The translations under genes and the position numbers were made by a program. 64,000 bases of DNA from Fibrobacterales bacterium (GTDB lineage Bacteria; Fibrobacterota; Fibrobacteria; Fibrobacterales; JAOPTW01). Under the pieces are notes generated by a model. The model was given only the letters and a program-made list of their open reading frames with translations, did not search any database and was not told the origin of the DNA. The stretch is taken from assembly GCA_051532035.1 (NCBI GenBank), contig JAOPTW010000013.1, forward strand, positions 224,001-288,000, in the 5' to 3' direction. Numbering within the stretch: position 1 is the first letter of the stretch; each line of letters starts with the position of its first letter. Shown in pieces: positions 29,337-38,379 of this stretch.

Positions 29337-30251
29337 ATGATGATTACAAAATTGATATTCGGTACCGCGTTAATGGCAGCAACAGCTTTTGCAGGAACAT
29401 ATACTTATCAGCACGCTGATGCTTCAGTAGGACTCCCAGACGGTGTGAGAGCTCCGTATAAAGAAAAAACAATAACGCTCGATACTGAAAATGAAATCAT
29501 AGCTATTTCTGTTACTATGAGCGAATGTAAGGCGACTCTGTATGATATTACAACCTATACTTATTCAACAGCGAGTTGTAACGACTGGGAACTCTACGAC
29601 GTAGAGACTGACTATAGAATAAATGGAAACAACTTATACCAAGTTGGGATTGATGCAAAAGTAAGAAACCCTAATCATACTTCTAACTTGGTTTATTCTG
29701 GTAACGATATTTTCCTTACCATTGCTGTAGAATACACATCTACTTCAGTTTTCGACGCAAACGATCGTTCACTCAATCTCACCCTTGAAAATACAGAGTG
29801 GGCAGATATTCATTACACAATAAACGACGGCGGCCAATTAAACTATAGAATGATTAAAACTGGAGAAAGCGCATTCAAACAAGAACTCTTTCAAAATATT
29901 GTAAATGGTGATGTCATTGAATACTATACAACCTCATTCACCAATGGTGGTATAGAAAGCAGCCAATGGTCTACCACTACTGTAAGTGGAATCGTACCCG
30001 TTGCCGAAGGTTCTTATACACCAGCAACTCAAACACTTGCTTTAACAGCCATTAAAAATCTTCAGTGGGTTGATGTTCACTATTCAATCAACGGATCATC
30101 TCAGTACAACTACAGAATGTCTGGATCGCAAAAATATTTTTCTTTTGTTATTCCTCAGATTGTTACAACAAATGATATCATTGAGTACAATTTCACTTAT
30201 TCTCTCAATGGAGTCTCGACAAATACAGCTTCTCAAACAGTCACTCACTAA
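29337..30251 (+). CDS. Secreted protein with two CBM56-like modules
   Basis: Signal peptide; two copies of W(A/V)D(I/V)HY-x-IN-x3-Q-x-NYRM...D(V/I)IEY. Confidence 0.7.
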   Translation: MMITKLIFGTALMAATAFAGTYTYQHADASVGLPDGVRAPYKEKTITLDTENEIIAISVTMSECKATLYDITTYTYSTASCNDWELYDVETDYRINGNNLYQVGIDAKVRNPNHTSNLVYSGNDIFLTIAVEYTSTSVFDANDRSLNLTLENTEWADIHYTINDGGQLNYRMIKTGESAFKQELFQNIVNGDVIEYYTTSFTNGGIESSQWSTTTVSGIVPVAEGSYTPATQTLALTAIKNLQWVDVHYSINGSSQYNYRMSGSQKYFSFVIPQIVTTNDIIEYNFTYSLNGVSTNTASQTVTH

Positions 30252-30276
30252 TATTACAGCATAAACAGCATTGTTC

Positions 30277-30305
30277 AAAAGTCATCCTCACAAGGGTGGC
30301 TTTTT
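30277..30305 (+). terminator. Intrinsic, possibly bidirectional, terminator
   Basis: AAAAGTCATCCT-caca-AGGGTGGCTTTTT between convergent genes. Confidence 0.7.
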
Positions 30306-30395
30306 GTAGCTTCTACTAGGAGTCATTGCATGCGGAAAGAAATACTTATCAATTGAACTTCCCAGCTTCAACTCCTAGAATTAACAATGTGAACC

Positions 30396-33300
30396 CTAAA
30401 ATACTGTAAACGATATAGGAATAGAGAAAAATTCATCATCAGCATTACTGTACAATAATAATGAATAGGTATACGTTCCCGGACTGAGAAGAATCGCACT
30501 GCAGTGTATTGTTATTGTAGCGGAACCACCCGCATCAATAAGACCATAGGTAGTCTCAATCGTCAACCAATCAGGTAAGAGAATATCAAACACATCATAT
30601 GACAGTTGTTTAAAGCTTGTATTTAAAACCGTTAATGGTAACTCTATTTCATCGCCACTCGCAACCTGAGTACTAAATGACGAATCACTTAATGCAATAT
30701 TAGGAACATTAATAGCGTGACCCTCAAGAGGTATCGCTAACGAATCGGGAAAACTCCCTTTAATTATTAAGGTATCAACACACTCCCCTTCTAAACTTGG
30801 GGTAAAGGTAATTACCGAACTCAAAGTGGATTGCGCACTGACGATATCACCAGACTGAAAAGGGATAGTGAAACAACTGCCTACTAATGAAGCCGATGCT
30901 ATAGTAACATCAAAATTACTCAAGTTGTCAAGAGTCAGTGTACGCTGAGACGAGAGACCTAATTTGAGAGTATCAAAGGCCATGGAAAACTGGTCAGGTC
31001 TGAGTCCCCTATTATCTACTGTCGTGCCAATAACAGTCAACTGTTTACGAACGACTTCATTATCATTTGATGCAATTTTTGAGATCAAGGTTATACTATT
31101 TGAATAGAAGCCAATGTGCTCTGGCGCAAACACAATAGGAATCAATTCAGTGTTATTTGCGGCTACCGTTATAGGTAGAGTTTGCCCATGAGAAAAATAG
31201 GTGTTAGAAAAATTGAGTGTGGTTAACTCGATTGCATCATTAGATATATTTTCTAAAAGGAGTGTACATAACTGTATAGAAGCAACCTGTACATTCAACA
31301 GATGAGTATCAGATACACGCGTATGCACCACAGCATCTGTAACTCCCGTTTCAATAGAATACACCAATGGCGACACCTGTAAAGGGTCGTTATGGTACAC
31401 AGATATTTCTTCTGTATACACTCCAACGGGTAAGTCACGAGGCGCTAACAAAAGAGAGTCAAGAACATTTTGGTATGATGTTATCGATTCACCATCATAG
31501 TGAGAAGAAACTAATTTAAAAGGGTTGTATATTTCTACACTCAAACTATCATGTAGATAAGCCTCGTTATGGGCGACAGAGAATCCAATTGCTCCATCGG
31601 CATCCTGTATACCTATAGTTGCAGATTGGAGGTCAGCAACAGTTTCGACATCCTTATAGTTAAACGCAACTGAACCGTCTACATTCAGTACCACTTGAAA
31701 AGTGAGTGTCCCTATAAAATATTTTTTAACCATATGATTAAACTGTACAATAACCTTTTGGTCATCCAAAAGTACAAAGATACCACTTGCAGAATCATTT
31801 GATATTTCAAGGTCATCAAAAAAAGGTGCTAACACATTTTTAGGTGTGTCTTGCGTATTGGGAAACGCCTCGCCAGTATTGTCATCATAGAAACCATTTC
31901 CATCAGAAAATGAGATAAACCCATTGCTATTCACATATATCTTATTGTACACAGACCCATAATATTGAAATCTAAAAGGGAGTACAATTACATCCCTATT
32001 ATGTACGTTTTTTCCAACACTGTAGATATCAAACCATTCGAAAGGGATAGCAGGGTTACTATCAGAATCATCCCAACAATACCCGCCACCATCACGATCA
32101 TTACAAACACGGGTATCGGCTCTGTTCTGAGATATCACCATTTCTAATTCTAGGGGCATTTTTCCGGCGTTTGTTATTGAAAAAGGAATGACCAGTTCAC
32201 TCTCCTGAGTAATTTCTAAGGCCGTATCCTTTAAGGTTGTTGATAATGTGGGTTTTTGGAGGGGTATAATAGTAGCAGTATCTATATCGGGGATTGTAAT
32301 CGTAAAAGGTGAGGAATAATACGCATAGGGCGATTCAGTTATGACAGTGTATACCCCATCAATAGTTGGAAAGGTAAATTCGCCATCAACGTCGGATAGT
32401 GTAGTGCCTTCTGATGGCCCGGTATAACGGATAGTAATGTCATTCACAGGAAGGCCCGAATCTTCAGTTACTACAGTTCCGTAAATGCTACTTGTTTGGT
32501 AAACAGGTATAGAGAATTCAACGGTATCTAGAAATCCACTCCCTTCGCGTATCTCTAGAGTGAGGTTAATTTCAGTATAGACCTGCAGAGTACTCGGTAA
32601 AATAACTTCAAATACACTCCCAGATTGAGTAATAGCATCGACCTCAACATCGTTAAAAGTTGAATGTTGATTTAAAAGTGTTACTTCTGTATTTTGTGTA
32701 GTTACAGTACCTATTGCAGAGAGCAAAGCTTGCGTTCCAATGTTTTTTAAGGCCACTGTAATAGAAAGGGTATCACCAGGGTTTGCAAAACCCGTTGCAT
32801 TACCCCGACTATCATCTATGGTATATTGGGCAAAAGCATAATCTTTGCTATGGCTTTTTACAACCATAAGAGAGGGATCTCCATAAAGGTTATATTGCTC
32901 AAGATACTTAACACTGCTAATCCGTTTTATAACACCTATTAACATAGTGGGGACCTCGGTATAAAACTGAATCTTTGCCGCATTAATTTGAGGGCCTAAT
33001 TGTTCAAACCCAGAATTAAAAGTACCATCAAACATCATTCTTTCAAAAGTATCGTCATAGCCAAAATAAGAATTTTGAGTAGCCCCCAAATAACTAACCG
33101 CTCCATTTTCAATAGTGAGCCACTGTGTCGCAATTGAATTATACTGCTCTGATACATCTCCTGTTTGACACGCGAATGAGTATATAAAGGGATAGCTTAT
33201 AGTATTCGTCATATATTTATAAGTCCCCCCATTTACAAATACTTGATTAAGAACGGGTATATCTACCCACGCACTCGGGGACCCATGACCGGAATAAATG

Positions 33301-34664
33301 AGGAATCGTGAATTATCATTGATATCTCCAATAAGGGTTGATATGTCATTATACTCCGAACTATTTGTTTTCGCATAGCGTTTTTGTATCGTAAACCCCG
33401 AAGGCCCCATAAGTGTATCACCAACATAATTGTGGACAGCCTCTACATCTATATAGTGTGGACTATCAAAAGTAGCGACGAGGGAAACCTTTTTACCCGT
33501 TGTACTTAAATTATTATCCATATACATTGTTTTATCAACAATATTTTTCAACTGGGTATTAGTAGCAACGGGAAATCGTCCTAAAAAGACATCGGGAACT
33601 GTATCATTTCCATCTAAGGTACTATAGTATAGATCCGTGAATGGCTGTTCATCTGTTAAGGGGTTTTGCCACATAGGTATATCATCAACACTCCCCACAA
33701 GGAGAACAAACTCGGGCTTTAAAAAGGTATCCGAATATTGTTGTTGAATATAAGATTTAATTGCTTCTTTGGTTGACCCAATTTTTTCAAGTAATGCATA
33801 AACAACTCGATATCCATTGTTCATTTTATATTCTATAAATGGCTTCAATGTGTCTAGATATTTTTTCGGGGTAATGATCAAGTAATTACTTTGAGAAGAG
33901 CGTTGAAGAGTGGTGATAGAGCTCACAGCACTTGATCTCGTATGTGTACTAGGATTATCAATTTTAGGTCCCCCATTTAAAAAGAGTGTACGGTACAGGT
34001 TTTTCATCGAGGGTGAGTCGTTTCTCAATTCCTCACTCATTTCGAACTCTATAATAACCTCGGCTCTATCGATAACAGTCAGTTCTTTTGTAAGTGGGTT
34101 ATAAGAAAATGGAGTGAGTAAAAAGGTTTGTCCATAAGCCCCTCCAACAGTAAATTTTTTTAAAGAGCGTATCAATTGAGTTTGTTTGCTCGTTGCTGAT
34201 GCTGCAAAAGTTGTTGGTACTCTTGATGTATAAAAGGCTGAATCTATATAAAATGGATGGTGTGCGGTATCAGTTGAAACTTTTGACTGAGCTGGTTGTA
34301 CTGGAAAAACATGGTTTTTTAACGATATTATGCGAGTACTCAGTGACTTAATTGTAATATGACTCAGCACTGAATCCGTAGGAAATCGTAACCTAAAACT
34401 TACGCCTGGCAATTCTGGCTGCCCTGCTTCGCCATAGTTTTGATAATTTTGTATGAGAAGTTGTATATAGTGTTGTTCATTAGTGTCTGTAGGCACCTGT
34501 GTTACATTCGGTAATGCAAAATCTATCTTAAACCCTTTTACATGGGGAGATACGTACACACCCGTCTTATTGGCCCATGACTTTTTATATACACTGTCAT
34601 TGGTTAAACCAAAAAGTAGCTGAATATTTACTATAACACATATGATCAACGTTAATTGAATCAT
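30396..34664 (-). CDS. C25 (gingipain-family) cysteine peptidase with propeptide and C-terminal Ig-like, NIDO-like and choice-of-anchor-D-like domains
   Basis: GQPELP, YLIIT, FVLLVG, TDLYY, DVFLGRF, catalytic YSGHGS and FACQTG, YNLYGDP; VNSNGFISF...APFFDDL (NIDO-like). Confidence 0.9.
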   Translation of the reverse strand: MIQLTLIICVIVNIQLLFGLTNDSVYKKSWANKTGVYVSPHVKGFKIDFALPNVTQVPTDTNEQHYIQLLIQNYQNYGEAGQPELPGVSFRLRFPTDSVLSHITIKSLSTRIISLKNHVFPVQPAQSKVSTDTAHHPFYIDSAFYTSRVPTTFAASATSKQTQLIRSLKKFTVGGAYGQTFLLTPFSYNPLTKELTVIDRAEVIIEFEMSEELRNDSPSMKNLYRTLFLNGGPKIDNPSTHTRSSAVSSITTLQRSSQSNYLIITPKKYLDTLKPFIEYKMNNGYRVVYALLEKIGSTKEAIKSYIQQQYSDTFLKPEFVLLVGSVDDIPMWQNPLTDEQPFTDLYYSTLDGNDTVPDVFLGRFPVATNTQLKNIVDKTMYMDNNLSTTGKKVSLVATFDSPHYIDVEAVHNYVGDTLMGPSGFTIQKRYAKTNSSEYNDISTLIGDINDNSRFLIYSGHGSPSAWVDIPVLNQVFVNGGTYKYMTNTISYPFIYSFACQTGDVSEQYNSIATQWLTIENGAVSYLGATQNSYFGYDDTFERMMFDGTFNSGFEQLGPQINAAKIQFYTEVPTMLIGVIKRISSVKYLEQYNLYGDPSLMVVKSHSKDYAFAQYTIDDSRGNATGFANPGDTLSITVALKNIGTQALLSAIGTVTTQNTEVTLLNQHSTFNDVEVDAITQSGSVFEVILPSTLQVYTEINLTLEIREGSGFLDTVEFSIPVYQTSSIYGTVVTEDSGLPVNDITIRYTGPSEGTTLSDVDGEFTFPTIDGVYTVITESPYAYYSSPFTITIPDIDTATIIPLQKPTLSTTLKDTALEITQESELVIPFSITNAGKMPLELEMVISQNRADTRVCNDRDGGGYCWDDSDSNPAIPFEWFDIYSVGKNVHNRDVIVLPFRFQYYGSVYNKIYVNSNGFISFSDGNGFYDDNTGEAFPNTQDTPKNVLAPFFDDLEISNDSASGIFVLLDDQKVIVQFNHMVKKYFIGTLTFQVVLNVDGSVAFNYKDVETVADLQSATIGIQDADGAIGFSVAHNEAYLHDSLSVEIYNPFKLVSSHYDGESITSYQNVLDSLLLAPRDLPVGVYTEEISVYHNDPLQVSPLVYSIETGVTDAVVHTRVSDTHLLNVQVASIQLCTLLLENISNDAIELTTLNFSNTYFSHGQTLPITVAANNTELIPIVFAPEHIGFYSNSITLISKIASNDNEVVRKQLTVIGTTVDNRGLRPDQFSMAFDTLKLGLSSQRTLTLDNLSNFDVTIASASLVGSCFTIPFQSGDIVSAQSTLSSVITFTPSLEGECVDTLIIKGSFPDSLAIPLEGHAINVPNIALSDSSFSTQVASGDEIELPLTVLNTSFKQLSYDVFDILLPDWLTIETTYGLIDAGGSATITIHCSAILLSPGTYTYSLLLYSNADDEFFSIPISFTVF

Positions 34665-34736
34665 TATTTTCTCCTTACCTATCGTTATATCGGTATGATG
34701 TCCATGCTGAATGATTCAGTATGTATCAAAAAACAA

Positions 34737-34768
34737 CTAAAGGTCACCCATTTCTGGATGACCTTTAG
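34737..34768 (-). terminator. Intergenic stem-loop between the CLCA-like and C25 genes (terminator or stabiliser)
   Basis: CTAAAGGTCA/TGACCTTTAG 10-bp stem. Confidence 0.55.
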
Positions 34769-34793
34769 AGGATATTTAATTAGAAACAAGAAC

Positions 34794-37700
34794 CTATTTC
34801 CACTCTATAACTACCATATTATCAATACGTATCCAAATAATAGAATTGCCTTCATATTTTATGTAATACGTTCCATCGAGGTTTTCGATATTAGAATATT
34901 GTATGGTAAACATCGGATTTTCCTGATCAAAATTATGAATCATAGTTCTTTCATAATTGTCACGAGGTACACCTGAGATATTGATAGAAAACTCAATAAG
35001 AGTAGGAGTTCCATTTTGTAATGCCCAATGAACATTAAAGCGATCACCGTATGTAAGATTAGGTTTCACGAATTCATTCACCGCTGTTACAACAGGGTAT
35101 TTGTTAGGAAAGTACCCATATGGTATTTTAGGTAAAGTGCCACCGGTGTATTCTTTCAAATAGCCATCAAAACGGTCAACTACACAACTTCCTAAAGAAG
35201 ATACCGGGCCACCAGTACCAATCTGCTCTACTACCACAGAAGGTGCCGCTGTTGTCCATTTAATAACGAACGCATTGTCTTTTCTTACCCAATACACTGT
35301 ATTACTTTCAATTCTCAAATAATATGAACCAGCGAGGTTCGCGACTCTGCTTGAATGAATAGTAAATTCAGGATACTCTGTATTGAAATTGTATGTTAAT
35401 TTATTTTCTGCTTTTAGACGCTCAAGAGCTGTACCAAATTTCACAGGATTAAGGTTCATCATAAACTGAACTACTCTATTTACATTAGGAATATATTCAA
35501 TTGCAAAGCGAGCATCATTTGTTTCAGTAATATTTGGTAATACGTCTTCGTTACCCAAATGCAAGACTTGAGGCCAGAGACCTGATTTGAATTGGTACGA
35601 TGTAATAGCGCCTGGGTAAGGAGCAATAAATTCTTCGAAAAGGTTTCTACTCGGAGTTCCACCTGCATAGCCATCCGTCGATATTACCGCTCCAACAGAA
35701 AGTGAGTACGAGCTCATGCCAGCATTAACTTTAGCATTTGCAACTTTCACACGGAGACCATCACGAACCATCTCACTATCGATCACAACTAATGCATAAT
35801 TATTTTTAGTACAATTACTTGAATTATCAAATAAGGCAATCATTTCAGTTCCATCGTAAACCTCTAATACAAGATCTAAGTTTCCTGGAATATTGGCAAC
35901 ACGGACCATAAGATCCTCACCTTCTCTTGTTCCAACTATTTCAAATACATCTACATCACCTTCAAAATCAATTTTACCGATATTTGAAGTATTATTAGCA
36001 TTGATAATTCTATAATCCTCATCTACTTGATCATCTGCGATGACACCACCAACTTCAAATTCAAGTTCAGCATAGCGGGTGAAGTTATTAATTTCCTCTG
36101 ATGGGCTTCCCCCAAGGCGAGTTGCAGCACCTGTATTTTTAGTGAACAATTGAACTTTATATATACCATTTTGATTGTACTCATCAACTTTCACAGAATA
36201 TCTACCATCATTTTTTTCCACATCACCTTGATATCCTTGATCATTTAATGGAACAAGAATGACGTCACCATTTGGATACACTACTCGTGATGTAACGGTC
36301 ATATTTCTTAATACGCTATTATCATAGATTCCTGCACTAATACTCAGTGGTTCAGGATAACGAACTTGCTTTAATGAGCGGTTGGTCGGTAAAGCTACAC
36401 TGTTAGTTGTAACACTTTTGAAGGCTATACTTGAATAAGCATTTACATTACTGGTTCCTGGATATGAAATTGTAAGTTTAGTTTCATCAATGCTCAATTC
36501 AGCATCTTCATCAGCTAAATCTGTCACTAGGTAAACCGATAAATAGGTCTCCTCACATCCATCAGCTTTAACGGTCCAATGAGGCCCATCATGCTCTCCT
36601 ACTTCTAAGAAAAACCTGTCAAGAATTGAATAGTCGGCTCCATAACCTGTAGCTGGGATTCGATCAACAAGCGGATCAACAATTAGCTCGCCACCATTAT
36701 CATAAACACCTTTATTTAAAAGACTTGCACCACAAAAACTTGATATTACAACTTTTAAAAATTCAGCTTCTTGATCAACAGAAAAGGTAATATCCCCATG
36801 AGCTCCCATATGAAGATCTTTTAAGAGGGTTTTTTCTCCGACGGCTTTATTATATATTGATTCATAGGCTAATTGCATTTTTGCGATATCATCAACTTCA
36901 GTGTTAGAGAAATAAAGACCCTCTGTTTCTACTGCCATATCTTCTAGACTCTCCTCAGGAGCACCTGCACCATATCCAATGGTGAAAAGCGGAACGCCAG
37001 CCGCAACATATTCAGCAATTACATCTGCTTCATCAAAATCTGTTTCAGGTATCAAATTCCCATCTCCATCCCACCCAATGGCACTCTCACCATCAGACAA
37101 TAAAAACCCATATCGAAATGGCACATCATCATAATCTGCATCCCGATACATCAGTATTTTTTCCAAACTAACAACGGCTCCTTCATATAATTTAGTCCAA
37201 CCGCCAATGGTAATATCATTTATCGCATCAACAAGATCCTGTCGAATATCACTTGTAACAATAGGAGTTATTGACATATCAGTCGTATCGATCGTCGTAG
37301 AAAAACTTGTTATACCAAAGTTTATTGCATCACCCGGATTCAGGTTATTAACAAACCTTTCAGCGGCTAATTTCGCATTCGTCATTTTGCTATCATCACC
37401 CATGCTCCCCGATTTATCTATAATAATATCTGCTACTATTTGATTGCTCCGCCATTCATAAGAAAAATGATCTAAATAGTCTGTTCCAGATTCAGTATTA
37501 ACAATCAAATATGGAATACTATTATATAAATCATCACCGAGTTCTGGCTTGTAATACTGTAACTCTTCAAAGTAAGGGATGTTCAGGTCTTGAATGGTAC
37601 CATCAGGGTAGAGCGTTGACAATACATCCCATGAACTTGCATCAAAAACACGATATTGAGCATTATCTACCCCAGAAGCCAATGCATCTACATTTAAATA

Positions 37701-38321
37701 TTGAAGATGCGCTACAATATCACTCGCATTAAATGCATTTAAAGGGTTAGATGTAAGAGTATTAATGCCAATATCATCACTCAATTTTGGTTCCCAATCG
37801 TATGTTGTATTATCAGCAAAACCTTTAGACTGCTCAAGAATCCCATATGTATATTTTACCCATTCATGAGTTAAAATAAAACCAAGCTTTGTTGGATTCA
37901 CGGCATTTAATTCAAAGTCGATCAACTCTCCTTTAAAATACGTTTTGTCACCAATCAATATTTTTGCGGTATTACTACTCCAGCCACCTATGTGAGAATA
38001 CGCTTGCTGATTACTCCCCCATATTACCGAACTATATTCTTCAGCATATCCATCTTGAAAAATCATTACCTTACCGAGATAATGCGCCCCATTAGTTACT
38101 TCGTAAATCCCCCGAGCCCACGCCTGGAGTACTTCAATTATTTTTGCTCGTTTGTCTGAACCTTGCCCTGGACTATCATGGAGTGATATAGAAACGTCAA
38201 ATATTCTTTGATCCGCAATTGGAGCGACGTTATCTATTATCCGTGATCTATTCCATGTATTCTCTATACCTCCAAAGCAAACCTGAGCCATTATTAGAAG
38301 TGTGATTATTTTAATTGTCAT
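34794..38321 (-). CDS. CLCA-like secreted protein: degenerate metallopeptidase domain, vWA, choice-of-anchor-X-like motif, duplicated C-terminal domain
   Basis: IYEVTNGAHYLGKVMIF, THEWVKYTYGILEQ, vWA MIDAS IIDKSGSM and LLSDG, LNDQGYQGDVEKNDGRYS. Confidence 0.75.
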   Translation of the reverse strand: MTIKIITLLIMAQVCFGGIENTWNRSRIIDNVAPIADQRIFDVSISLHDSPGQGSDKRAKIIEVLQAWARGIYEVTNGAHYLGKVMIFQDGYAEEYSSVIWGSNQQAYSHIGGWSSNTAKILIGDKTYFKGELIDFELNAVNPTKLGFILTHEWVKYTYGILEQSKGFADNTTYDWEPKLSDDIGINTLTSNPLNAFNASDIVAHLQYLNVDALASGVDNAQYRVFDASSWDVLSTLYPDGTIQDLNIPYFEELQYYKPELGDDLYNSIPYLIVNTESGTDYLDHFSYEWRSNQIVADIIIDKSGSMGDDSKMTNAKLAAERFVNNLNPGDAINFGITSFSTTIDTTDMSITPIVTSDIRQDLVDAINDITIGGWTKLYEGAVVSLEKILMYRDADYDDVPFRYGFLLSDGESAIGWDGDGNLIPETDFDEADVIAEYVAAGVPLFTIGYGAGAPEESLEDMAVETEGLYFSNTEVDDIAKMQLAYESIYNKAVGEKTLLKDLHMGAHGDITFSVDQEAEFLKVVISSFCGASLLNKGVYDNGGELIVDPLVDRIPATGYGADYSILDRFFLEVGEHDGPHWTVKADGCEETYLSVYLVTDLADEDAELSIDETKLTISYPGTSNVNAYSSIAFKSVTTNSVALPTNRSLKQVRYPEPLSISAGIYDNSVLRNMTVTSRVVYPNGDVILVPLNDQGYQGDVEKNDGRYSVKVDEYNQNGIYKVQLFTKNTGAATRLGGSPSEEINNFTRYAELEFEVGGVIADDQVDEDYRIINANNTSNIGKIDFEGDVDVFEIVGTREGEDLMVRVANIPGNLDLVLEVYDGTEMIALFDNSSNCTKNNYALVVIDSEMVRDGLRVKVANAKVNAGMSSYSLSVGAVISTDGYAGGTPSRNLFEEFIAPYPGAITSYQFKSGLWPQVLHLGNEDVLPNITETNDARFAIEYIPNVNRVVQFMMNLNPVKFGTALERLKAENKLTYNFNTEYPEFTIHSSRVANLAGSYYLRIESNTVYWVRKDNAFVIKWTTAAPSVVVEQIGTGGPVSSLGSCVVDRFDGYLKEYTGGTLPKIPYGYFPNKYPVVTAVNEFVKPNLTYGDRFNVHWALQNGTPTLIEFSINISGVPRDNYERTMIHNFDQENPMFTIQYSNIENLDGTYYIKYEGNSIIWIRIDNMVVIEWK

Positions 38322-38379
38322 TAATTGTTCCTTTATTTATTAGTTGGTTAATTGGTTAAGTTATCATTTTAAGTAATGT

